Part shown: piece after piece, positions 8,975-20,240 of the stretch
Layout of the letters: each line of letters opens with the position of its first letter
How positions within the stretch are numbered: the stretch's first letter is position 1
Source of the DNA: Acidimicrobiia bacterium
Lineage (GTDB): Bacteria > Actinomycetota > Acidimicrobiia > Spongiisociales > Spongiisociaceae
DNA: 25,214 nt
Assembly (NCBI GenBank): GCA_041576165.1
Contig: JBFGLM010000059.1
Location: 1-25,214, forward strand
Direction: 5' to 3'
The notes under the pieces: generated by a model
What the model was told of the DNA's origin: nothing
The model's input: only the letters and a program-made list of their open reading frames with translations
Databases searched by the model: none
Position numbers and translations under genes: made by a program

Positions 8975-9493
8975 TCAGTTGATGCGGAATGTGCCAGGGG
9001 CGAACTGGGGAAAGCCAGCGGGGTCGAACTCGAGGATCCCGCTCATGTGCACGTTGCGGCCGGCCCACATCGAGAAGTGGCCGTTGGCAACCTCGACACT
9101 GCCGTTCATCCGGTATTTGCTGTTGGCGAATGAGACGACACCCTCGTCGAGACCGGCGAGGAGGATGTCACCACGTTCGAACGCCGCTGGATCCATCACG
9201 CCGGTACCGGCGTCGTAGATCTCCCAGATCTCGCCGAAGAAGACCACAGCCGGGCTGGGGTTCGCCGCGAACGGCTTGCCGCTTCCGATGTTGAAGAAGG
9301 CCATCCCATAGGCGACGTCGTCGATGGTGACGGTGCCGACCCAAATGGGCACCTCGGTCCCCGGCTCGGTCCATGCGAGGTTGAAGTTGAGGTCCATTTC
9401 ACCGACGAGCGGCTTCTTGGCGTCCGCCGCAGCGACGAGAGTCATCGACAACACGACGATCAGAGCGAGGACGGTTGCGATCTTGTTTCTCAC
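8975..9493 (-). CDS. Secreted hypothetical protein (beta-rich)
   Basis: GAGGAG RBS before GTG 9493; Sec-type signal peptide MRNKIATVLALIVVLSMTLVAAADA; high GC3. Confidence 0.8.
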   Translation of the reverse strand: MRNKIATVLALIVVLSMTLVAAADAKKPLVGEMDLNFNLAWTEPGTEVPIWVGTVTIDDVAYGMAFFNIGSGKPFAANPSPAVVFFGEIWEIYDAGTGVMDPAAFERGDILLAGLDEGVVSFANSKYRMNGSVEVANGHFSMWAGRNVHMSGILEFDPAGFPQFAPGTFRIN

Positions 9494-9786
9494 GATTGGC
9501 TCCTCTCTCATGCTCCTTTACCGAGCCCGCTCCGGTCGATCCAGCCGAGGTCAGGTCGAACACCAGACGCAGCACCGATCCGAGCGTCTTCATCCATGGT
9601 CCGTGACAGCCACATAGTCGGCAAGAGGCCAAGGACCTTCGTGCCGAGCATGCGTTCCCGGCGGCTGCGGAGCAGATCGACCAAGCCCGACCGCGGGATA
9701 GGTGGCTCAGAACCTGAACGTCGATCGCGGGCTACCGGCCATGCCGCATCGCCGACTGGCACAGCATGGCAGCCGAGGCCCCAAGC

Positions 9787-10329
9787 TCAAGAGGGGTCGA
9801 TCCTGGTTTGCTCGATGTGCTCCACGATGAAGTCAGCCCTGGCCTGGGGCGAAGCTCTCGGCAAAACGATCATCTCGTAGCCGAGTCGTGTATACGCCCA
9901 GCGCAGGTGAACATCGAACGCCTCGACTTGCTCAAAGGAGGCACGCCGCAGGTTGTCCGTGGTATAGATGGCTCGCCACGGCGGGGCGATGAAGATCGGG
10001 GACTGGTAGCGAAAAGCGGCTGCTTGTTCGAGGACTGGACCGGGGTCGATGCCCAACGCGGCGGCGTAGGCAACGCAGTCGGGCAGGCCGCGATCGTGGA
10101 TGACCACGCCGGTGCCTGCGGCGGAGTAGAAGTCGCGGATCGACCGTGCCACCAGTCGCTCCACGAACAGTTCCGGGCGGCCGTCGAGCGTGTTCTCGCC
10201 GGTCGCCGCGGCGTGTTCGGCGATCAACTCCCGGGCGGGCTCGGCCACGGTCGGAAACCAGTCGCGCAGCAATGCAACGACGCTTGTCTTACCCGTACCG
10301 GGAGCGCCGGTGAGAACGAGGCGCCGCAT
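9787..10329 (-). CDS. AAA family ATPase (NadR/AAA_28-like)
   Basis: LVLTGAPGTGKT Walker A, VIHDRG, PPWRAIY. Confidence 0.88.
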   Translation of the reverse strand: MRRLVLTGAPGTGKTSVVALLRDWFPTVAEPARELIAEHAAATGENTLDGRPELFVERLVARSIRDFYSAAGTGVVIHDRGLPDCVAYAAALGIDPGPVLEQAAAFRYQSPIFIAPPWRAIYTTDNLRRASFEQVEAFDVHLRWAYTRLGYEMIVLPRASPQARADFIVEHIEQTRIDPS

Positions 10330-10455
10330 CGACTCACGATACCGCTCCCGTCTCGAGACGACGCAGGCAACATCGAGCTATCGGGTGGCGCCGCCAGCAT
10401 TCCCGTCCTTGGGCGGGGCCGGTCCCAGCCGGCGCCGGTGTGACACAATCGTCGA

Positions 10456-11487
10456 GTGAGAGCCGCTCAGTACCAAGCCTTTGGCGGTCCGATCCGGATC
10501 GCCGACGTGGAGGCGCCGAATCCCGGCCCCGGCGAGGTGGTTGTGGCAGTAAAGGCGACGGGGGTGTGTCGCAGCGATTGGCATGGCTGGCATGGTCACG
10601 ATCCGGACATCACGTCGCTGCCACACGTCCCGGGGCATGAGTTCGCCGGCGTGGTCGCCTCCGTGGGCGACGGTGTCGAATCCGCCACGATCGGAGACCG
10701 GGTGGCCGTTCCCTTTGTCCTGGGGTGCGGCAGCTGCGGGCTGTGTGCCGCCGGCGACCCGCAGGTGTGTCCACACCAGCGGCAGCCGGGCTTCACCCAC
10801 TGGGGATCCTTCGCGGAGTATGTCCTGGTTCCCTATGCCGACAACAACCTCGTGCTCCTGCCGGAGGAAATCGACATGGAGGCGGCAGCATCGCTGGGAT
10901 GTAGGTTCACGACTGCCTATCGAGCCGTGGTTCAGCAAGGTCGGGTCGCGCCGGATGAGTGGGTTGCCATCTTTGGTTGTGGCGGCGTGGGCCTGTCTGC
11001 CGTGATGTGCGCCAAGTCCATGGGAGCCAGAGTGATCGGGGTGGATACCAGCACCGCCGCGCTGGAGCACGCGGCCGCATTGGGGGCTGATCGCATTGTG
11101 CCGATGTCCGCCGACATCCAGCTGGCTCTCATGGAGTCGACTGAGGGGGGACCCCATCTCGGGGTGGATGCGATCGGCCACCCGGAGGTGATAGCCGCGT
11201 CTATCGGCTCGTTGCGCCCGCGGGGCCGCCATGTCCAGGTCGGCCTATTGGTTGGAGACCGGTCCCCCACCCCAGTCGGTCTCGACCAGGTCATCTCGAA
11301 GGAACTCGAGATCCTGGGAAGTCATGGAGCGTCGCGCGACGTCTTGGCAGGCTTGTTCGAGTCGATTCGATCAGGCGAGCTGGAGCCGACGCGACTGATC
11401 ACCAAGAGAATCGGATTGGATGACATCCCGCAGGCATTGACGCGCTTTGACGACCACGCTCCGGGGATGGTGATTGCCCATCTTTGA
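10456..11487 (+). CDS. Zinc-dependent alcohol dehydrogenase
   Basis: GVCRSD, GHEFAG, structural Zn site CGSCGLC…C, FGCGGVG. Confidence 0.94.
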   Translation: MRAAQYQAFGGPIRIADVEAPNPGPGEVVVAVKATGVCRSDWHGWHGHDPDITSLPHVPGHEFAGVVASVGDGVESATIGDRVAVPFVLGCGSCGLCAAGDPQVCPHQRQPGFTHWGSFAEYVLVPYADNNLVLLPEEIDMEAAASLGCRFTTAYRAVVQQGRVAPDEWVAIFGCGGVGLSAVMCAKSMGARVIGVDTSTAALEHAAALGADRIVPMSADIQLALMESTEGGPHLGVDAIGHPEVIAASIGSLRPRGRHVQVGLLVGDRSPTPVGLDQVISKELEILGSHGASRDVLAGLFESIRSGELEPTRLITKRIGLDDIPQALTRFDDHAPGMVIAHL

Positions 11488-11549
11488 ATGCTGCTTGCGC
11501 TGGTGGTGGTGCGTTGGGGCCGAGGAGGCGACTTACCGCGGGTGGAAAG

Positions 11550-11932
11550 ATGCGCGCAGTAGTCCAGCTTGATGACGCAGGGATCAGGGTGATCCTGAGT
11601 GGATGGGATCGAGCCCTGACGTTGCGGCGCAATGTCGAGTTCGCTACCGCCGACGTCAAGGCAGCCTTCGTCACAGAGCCCTCATCGCTCGAGCCCTCGA
11701 TCGATCACCGGTTCTGGGATGGGGCACACACCACGGCTCCGCGCGCCCCAACCGGCGGCGCATCGGGACGATGTTGGGGCGAGCAGTGGCGGGCAAGCAG
11801 CTGTGGGCGGTTGCGGCCGGAGAAGCCTCACAGCAGCTACTTGTTCTCGATTTGTGCGGGCACGAGTTCAGCCGAGCCGTGTTGGAGGTCGCCGAACCGG
11901 ACGCGGCGGCGGCCCTGACACCTGCATCGTGA
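11550..11932 (+). pseudogene. Hypothetical protein with an apparent frameshift near 11712
   Basis: MRAVVQLDDAGIRVILSGWDRALTLRRNVEF…IDHR continues in another frame as VLGWGTHHG…GKQLWAV…LLVLDLCGHEFSRAVLEV. Confidence 0.6.
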
Positions 11933-12091
11933 ACCGGGGACCGATGGTCGTCCGGGCGTGTTTCGCCGACGGTCCCGGGCGGCACTTGTACGGTCGTTGT
12001 CCTCGACGCCTTCTTGATGACACGCGGTGACAGTTGGGAGCGGCTCCCCGACAGAATCGACCGTTTCACGCGGCTAAGTGGACCAGATGAG

Positions 12092-12124
12092 ATTCTTGAC
12101 ACGGTCTGGAGTTGGTCGGATGAT
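12092..12124 (+). promoter_or_regulatory. furA promoter with a probable FurA box
   Basis: TTGACA (12096-12101), 17-nt spacer, GATGAT, then ATG 6 nt later; ATTCTTGACACGGTCTGGAG resembles the actinobacterial FurA autoregulatory site overlapping -35. Confidence 0.6.
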
Positions 12125-12130
12125 GGGGTC

Positions 12131-14852
<2,722 letters not shown>

Positions 14853-15106
14853 TTCCTGTGGGTGCGGCGGCGAGGCGCCGGGAGCAGAGGCCGACGGCCA
14901 CGTGGATGACTCCGGCCCGGTGACAATCGAAAGGCCCCCGCAAGCCCGGCCCGCGGTGGGGTCCGGACCTGCGCGGCGCTCGACGGCACCCCGGTCTTCG
15001 TAGCGTCGATTCGTGGAATCAGCTTCGCTGACGTGGAGATCGGCGGGCCGTGGGCAAGGATGCCGTCGATCTGGCCGGCAGAGTCGCTGCTGCGCCGCGG
15101 GACGCG

Positions 15107-15703
15107 ATGAGCGAGCTGATCGCCAAACTCAACCGCTTGCTGTCGGTCATCCGGGCCAGCGGATCGCCCCTTGCCGACCACCTCCGCCCAGGCTTGCCAC
15201 GTGCGGAGGTGGCGGCGGCCGTCGCCGCGCTCGGCCTCGCGGCGCCCGATGAATTGCTGGACCTGTTCACATAGCTGGACCTGTTCACGTGGCACGACGG
15301 CGTCGATTCCGCAGCCCTGCGGGCAGCTCACGACCCGATCGGCCGGCCGCACCTGTTCCCTTTTGTGGACTTCGTCCCGCTGGCCACCGGGTTGGCTACC
15401 TATGAGATGTTCGTCGCCGAGAACGTGATCGCCGAGGTCTGGCCGCGGCGGCTCTTCCCGATCCTCGACGGGGAGACATTCCAGTACGCAGTAGGCTGCG
15501 ACGCAGATGCGGCCGACTACGGCGTGGTGTGGGCGCACGATGTCAGCGACCCGGGAACCTCCGAGGCGGCGTTCTGGTCGATCGGCAGCCTGGTCGAGGC
15601 GGTCACCGGCATGTTCGCCGACGGCTCGTACTACTTCGATTTGGAAACGCATGACATCCAGCCGCAGGAAGACGCCTATCTCCGCTTCGACTTCGGGGCC
15701 TGA
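15107..15703 (+). pseudogene. SMI1/KNR4-like protein interrupted by an in-frame TAG inside an 18-bp tandem duplication
   Basis: LADHLRPGLPRAEV…APDELLDLFT*LDLFTWHDG…WPRRLFPI…FWSIGSLVE; both halves are in the same frame. Confidence 0.72.
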
Positions 15704-15892
15704 GGGCGCCCGCAGTCACGGCACGAGCTCGGCCGACAGGGCGAGATTCACGGCTCAGCTTGGAACATCGCCCGCCACGGTCCGGCGCTCACCAGGAACC
15801 GAGCCTGCCATCAGAGCGGTTGCGGAGGTCGTCGCCGCTCCTTAGCGACTGTTGGGGGCGAGTTTCACGCTTTTTCAAACGAGAAGGTTCTC

Positions 15893-15937
15893 TTGACATA
15901 CTTGTATTAGTTTCGTATCATTTGATATATTTCGAAT
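15893..15937 (+). promoter_or_regulatory. Sigma70-type promoter with an overlapping imperfect palindromic operator
   Basis: TTGACA 15893-15898, 17-nt spacer, TATCAT 15916-15921; ATTTGATATATTTCGAAT (15920-15937) is self-complementary at 14 of 18 positions; AT-rich patch. Confidence 0.75.
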
Positions 15938-15973
15938 AGTGCTACCAAGATTGACTAACGGGAAACCATTGAG

Positions 15974-17071
15974 ATGACTGTTTCCGGACCGAAGATTCGA
16001 GACTTCACCGATCGGCAACGATCGCTCGCCGTGAGCGTCGAGTCCGACACGGTCTACGAGGTGTTGCTCGCCGCGTTCGTCCTCGGGAGCGATTCCGACC
16101 CGGACGAATACGAAGTCCTCGGGGAGGTGCTCGCCGCCATGGAGGAGCGCGCCGACGAGCGGCTGCGCGCTGACATCGCCAGCATGGGCGAGGCGGGTGA
16201 GCTGGGCCTGACGTTGCTGGGCGTCGCCCACGAGCTGCCGATGCCGCGCACGGTCGAGGCTCTGGTCAGCCGAATCCGCGAGATGGATCCGGCCGAGCTG
16301 CGCACGTTGATGATGCGCAACACCGGCATCAAGCCGTCGCGTGGACACGACCCGGCCACCATCGAGCGGGCCGCCCAAGGAGACATCGATGCAGTGCGCC
16401 AGTTGGTAGCGGCGCTCCCCCACGCTTGCCACCTCGGCGACCTCCTCGAGTTCGAGCCCGAGGAGATGCGCGAGTTGATCGCTTCCGTCCTCGAACGCGT
16501 GGCGGAGGTGATCGCGCCGGTGCTCGCGAGGTGGCGTGACGTGATCGAGCGCGACGCCACCAACACCGCCGCCATGGCCAAGACCGTGAGCCCTGAAGTT
16601 CTCGTCGAGCAGGTGACCAACGGGGTGACCTTCGAGATGCAGCCGCAGGTGAGCGGGGTGCTCTTGATCCCCTCCGTGGTCATCCGGCCGTGGGTGGTTA
16701 TCTCCGAGCACTACACGCTGCGCATCTTCGCATACTCCGTCTCCGCCGAGACGCTGGCCGCCGACAGCGACGCCCCCCCGGCGTTCTTGGTCGATACCTT
16801 CAAGGCTCTCGGCGACGAGAAGCGGCTCCGCATGCTGGGCGCCCTCGCCGAGCGCGACATGGGTCTCAAGGAGCTCGCCGAGCGGGTCGACGTGGCCAAG
16901 TCGACGGCGCACCACCACGTCCGCATCCTGCGCAGCGCCGGTCTGGTACGGGTAATCGTCGGCGACGACGACAAGCGCTACAGCCTGCGCCGCGATTCGG
17001 TTCCCGAGGCCGGCCGGCTGCTCGAGACGTACCTGCAGTCGCGTCCCCGATCCGAGGAGGACGGCCCATGA
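15974..17071 (+). CDS. ArsR/SmtB family regulator with long N-terminal domain and C-terminal HTH
   Basis: FKALGDEKRLRML…ELAERVDVAKSTAHHHVRILRSAGLV; LIPSVVIRPW segment typical of this extended ArsR type. Confidence 0.9.
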   Translation: MTVSGPKIRDFTDRQRSLAVSVESDTVYEVLLAAFVLGSDSDPDEYEVLGEVLAAMEERADERLRADIASMGEAGELGLTLLGVAHELPMPRTVEALVSRIREMDPAELRTLMMRNTGIKPSRGHDPATIERAAQGDIDAVRQLVAALPHACHLGDLLEFEPEEMRELIASVLERVAEVIAPVLARWRDVIERDATNTAAMAKTVSPEVLVEQVTNGVTFEMQPQVSGVLLIPSVVIRPWVVISEHYTLRIFAYSVSAETLAADSDAPPAFLVDTFKALGDEKRLRMLGALAERDMGLKELAERVDVAKSTAHHHVRILRSAGLVRVIVGDDDKRYSLRRDSVPEAGRLLETYLQSRPRSEEDGP

Positions 17072-17286
17072 ACACACTCTCCACCATCCATCTGGCCGAG
17101 AGCCTGGCGCGCCAACGCGGCCAGGACACTGCGGCGCAGATCCGGCGGGAGCAGCTCCTGGCCGCAGCCGGGGTCGACCATCCCCTGCGCCGCCGCCTTG
17201 CTCAAGCCCTCATGCGGCTGGGGCAGCGAATCGCCCCCCAGTCGGCCGAGCTGGCCCCGGCCAGCCACACCACCCAACCCTGCTGA
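17068..17286 (+). CDS. Small hypothetical protein (72 aa)
   Basis: GAGGAGG RBS; ATGA overlap with the ArsR stop; LRRRLAQALMRLGQRI amphipathic helix. Confidence 0.7.
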   Translation: MNTLSTIHLAESLARQRGQDTAAQIRREQLLAAAGVDHPLRRRLAQALMRLGQRIAPQSAELAPASHTTQPC

Positions 17287-17305
17287 GCCCTTCATGCGGC
17301 CCACC

Positions 17306-17337
17306 CCGACCGGCCGAACTGCCTCCCGGCCGGTCGG
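17306..17337 (+). terminator. Hairpin terminator (no U-tract)
   Basis: CCGACCGGCCG-N10-CGGCCGGTCGG perfect 11-bp stem after the small ORF. Confidence 0.6.
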
Positions 17338-17378
17338 TGTGGAGCCCAGAGTCCTGTGGCGACCGTATCATCACGACC

Positions 17379-18614
17379 GTGCGGAAGGGACTACTCGGCT
17401 TGATGCTGCTGCTGAGTGCGTGCGCCCCGGCCGGGGGCGCCGTCGCCAGCGGCGCCAGCGAGACGACGCTGCCTGCGACTAGCGCGCCGTCCTCCACCTC
17501 AACTACCACCCAGGTCGTCACGACGACCGCCACTGCGGCGCCGACTCCGGCCGGCACCGACTCATCGGCGACGCCGAGCACGACGGTTCCTCCGCCGCTG
17601 CGTGAGATCTTCGCCTGGATGCCGGCGGGGCTCACCCCAGAGTTCATCGATGCAGTCACCGCGGTGCCCGGCGTGGCGGCATCGAGCGTCATCACCACCG
17701 TCACGATGCACCTCACGGCGAGCCACAAGGCGGATGGCACGGTCGTCGATCAACCGCTCCGTGGCTTCGTGATCCCGCTCCACGGGGCGATCGTCGACCC
17801 GCAGGGACTGCAGCCCATCTTCCGCCTGCCCGAGATCGGCCCCGACCAGATCATTCTCGGTGAGGACTCGGCACGGCTGCGCCGCCTCGAAGTAGGCGAC
17901 ACCATGACGTTCGAGACCGGTGCCACGCTCATCGTGGGCGGCATCGTCGACGAAGACCTGATGGCCGGTTATGAAGCGATAGCCGTCGACCCGGGCCACT
18001 TCGTGGAGTCGCGCATGCAGGCTCGAGCCATGCTGGTGCTCTATGACCACAACCCCAACCTGCTGGATCTCCAGATCAAACCCCTGGTTCCCGACGACCT
18101 CCTCTATGCGGTGCGAGAACGCACCGACAGCGCCGATCGGGGCGGGCTGGTGGTTCGCTCGCAGGTCTTCATCAAAGAGAACTTCGGCGAGTTTGCATAT
18201 CGCCCCACCGGCAACGGACGGTTCGTCATCGACCCTGCATGGGTCGAGGCCAACATCGTGGAAACCCGTATCCCGCTGCTGGGAAGAACCAAGTGCCACC
18301 GGGTGATGACCGACATCCTGACCGCGATCATGCGAGACCTGGCCGCCAGCGGACTATCCGAAGTCATCGACCGCAGCGCGTATGCCGGGTGCTGGAACCC
18401 GCGCTATATCGCCGGCAGCTACCGCTTGTCGCGTCATTCCTTCGGGGCCGCCGCCGACATCAACATCTTCAATCCCACCGACGGCGGCCCCGGCAGCCCG
18501 GTGCACGAGGAGTTGCTGTCCCGGACCTACGCCGCCGGCCTCACCTCCGGACATGTCTGGACCAACGCCGATCCGGGCCACTTCGAGTACTTCGGCTTCG
18601 CCGACCCGGAGTGA
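17379..18614 (+). CDS. Lipoprotein with C-terminal M15 family metallopeptidase domain
   Basis: Lipobox LSAC, Ser/Thr/Pro linker, GCWNPR…LSRHSFGAAADIN…DPGHFE zinc motifs; TATCAT -10 box 7 nt before GTG. Confidence 0.85.
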   Translation: MRKGLLGLMLLLSACAPAGGAVASGASETTLPATSAPSSTSTTTQVVTTTATAAPTPAGTDSSATPSTTVPPPLREIFAWMPAGLTPEFIDAVTAVPGVAASSVITTVTMHLTASHKADGTVVDQPLRGFVIPLHGAIVDPQGLQPIFRLPEIGPDQIILGEDSARLRRLEVGDTMTFETGATLIVGGIVDEDLMAGYEAIAVDPGHFVESRMQARAMLVLYDHNPNLLDLQIKPLVPDDLLYAVRERTDSADRGGLVVRSQVFIKENFGEFAYRPTGNGRFVIDPAWVEANIVETRIPLLGRTKCHRVMTDILTAIMRDLAASGLSEVIDRSAYAGCWNPRYIAGSYRLSRHSFGAAADINIFNPTDGGPGSPVHEELLSRTYAAGLTSGHVWTNADPGHFEYFGFADPE

Positions 18615-18667
18615 CGCGGCCCGACGAAAGACCCGTCGCCGGACTCACTGCGCAATTGCATCGCCGC

Positions 18668-19295
18668 ATGGAGGACGTTCTCCGTATCGGCATCGCCCTA
18701 CTAGTCGGCGGCGCGCTCGGCATCGAGCGCGAGTACCGCGACAAGACCGCCGGCTTTCGCACGATCATCCTCATCACGGTGGGCGCCACACTGTTCACGA
18801 TGTTCTCGTTGCGGCTTGGCGAACCGGCCGAGGACGCGGTTCGGATCGCCGCCGGCATCGTGTCCGGAGTCGGCGTCCTCGGCGCGGGCGTGATCCTGCG
18901 CCACCGCGGCGAGATCGTCGGCATCACCACCGCCGCCACCATCTGGCTGGCGGCCGCTCTCGGCATTGGCATCGGCTCCGGTAGCTACTTCACCACGGCG
19001 GTCGCCGCCGGGGCGGTGGTCATCGTGCCGTGGCTGCTGCCGCTCCTCGAGTTCCGCGTCGACCGAGCCAGGGAGACCCACACCTACGCGATTCGAACCG
19101 AGCCCACCGGCGCCGCCCGCGCCGAGCTCAAGAACCAGCTCGACGGCCACCGACTCACCCTCTAACAACGAGAAGTTGGGAAAAGACGGCGAAGGTCTGA
19201 GGCTCGAGTGGAAAGTCGCCGGCACCCACGACGACCACGTGGCGTTCGCCGCCGCGACACTGGCCGTCTCAGGGGTTCTCGAGTTCGAATACTGA
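18668..19295 (+). pseudogene. MgtC/SapB family membrane protein, frameshifted near 19160
   Basis: LGIEREYRDKTAGFRT, RIAAGIVSGVG, GITTAATIW; frame stops at 19165 while a plausible C-terminal domain (NEKLGKD…VLEFEY*) continues in another frame to 19295. Confidence 0.8.
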
Positions 19296-19301
19296 GACGT
19301 C

Positions 19302-19715
19302 TCAGCCGGCAAGCTCGTCGCCGTGATAAGCCGACATTGCCTCGACGAAGCCCTCGGGGGCACGCGTGGGGCGGCCGTCGGTACGGGTGAACGCCGCATC
19401 GACGGTTTGCGTAGCCAAGACCACGTCACTGCGCCTGATCCGCTGCCGCCAGCGCGCCGTGACCCGCTTGATCTCGTCGACCTCTGTCTCGACCGTCACG
19501 GTGTCGCCGGCGTGGGCCGGGGACAGAAAACGGGTGTGGATAGCCGTCACCACGATGTGAAACCCCATCGCCGACATCTCCGCCACGCCCAAGCCGACGG
19601 CTTCGAGCAGCTCGATGCGGGCCACCTCGAAGTACTGCACATAAGCAGAGTGGTTCAGGTGGTTGTAGGGGTCGATCTCGTAGAAGCGGACCTTGATGTC
19701 ATGGCTGTGGAGCAC
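19302..19715 (-). CDS. Acyl-CoA thioesterase (YbgC/4HBT family)
   Basis: VRFYEIDPYNHLNHSAYVQYFEVAR hot-dog fold motif. Confidence 0.9.
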   Translation of the reverse strand: MLHSHDIKVRFYEIDPYNHLNHSAYVQYFEVARIELLEAVGLGVAEMSAMGFHIVVTAIHTRFLSPAHAGDTVTVETEVDEIKRVTARWRQRIRRSDVVLATQTVDAAFTRTDGRPTRAPEGFVEAMSAYHGDELAG

Positions 19716-19751
19716 GCCGGCAATGTAGCCGCGCCGACCCCGCCGCCCATC

Positions 19752-20207
19752 TCAGGCGAAGTCGTTCTGGCGCCACGCCTCATAGACGGCGATCGCAGCC
19801 GCGTTGGCCAGGTTGAGGCTGCGCCCCCCTGGCGCGATCGGGATCCGGGCGACGGCGCCGACCTGCGGCGACCCCAGAATGGTCTGCGGCAGCCCCACCG
19901 ACTCCTTGCCGAACAGCAGCGCATCGCCCCGCCGATAGGCGACTTCGGTATACACGACGTCGCCGTGCTGGCTGAAAGCCACGATTCGTACGGGCGCGAC
20001 CGTGCCGAGGAATGCCTGGAATGAGTCGTGGTGGCGGACCGAGGCGTACTCGCGGTAGTCGAGGCCGGCACGCCGCAGCCGAGCCTCGTCGAGATCGAAG
20101 CCGAGCGGATGGATCAGGTGCAGGGTGCAGCCGGTGTTGACCGTGAGTCGCATCAGGTTGCCGGTGTTGGGCGGGATCTCCGGCTCGTGGAGGACGACGT
20201 GGAACAT
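19752..20207 (-). CDS. trmL: tRNA (cytidine/uridine(34)-2'-O)-methyltransferase
   Basis: PEIPPNTGN, RRAGLDY, LLFGKESVGLP, RSLNLAN…YEAWRQ. Confidence 0.95.
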   Translation of the reverse strand: MFHVVLHEPEIPPNTGNLMRLTVNTGCTLHLIHPLGFDLDEARLRRAGLDYREYASVRHHDSFQAFLGTVAPVRIVAFSQHGDVVYTEVAYRRGDALLFGKESVGLPQTILGSPQVGAVARIPIAPGGRSLNLANAAAIAVYEAWRQNDFA

Positions 20208-20240
20208 GGGCGCCACGATATCGCTCGAGGACCGCCCCGC

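Noticed and set aside
15272-15274. In-frame TAG as pyrrolysine or amber readthrough
   Set aside because: It is explained by a mutated tandem duplication of LDLFTW, and no pyl context is visible
17281-17337. Cys-TGA at the end of the small ORF followed by a hairpin, as a second Sec site
   Set aside because: The loop begins AA with no G, the stem looks like a terminator, and the readthrough sequence is not protein-like and runs into the next gene's promoter
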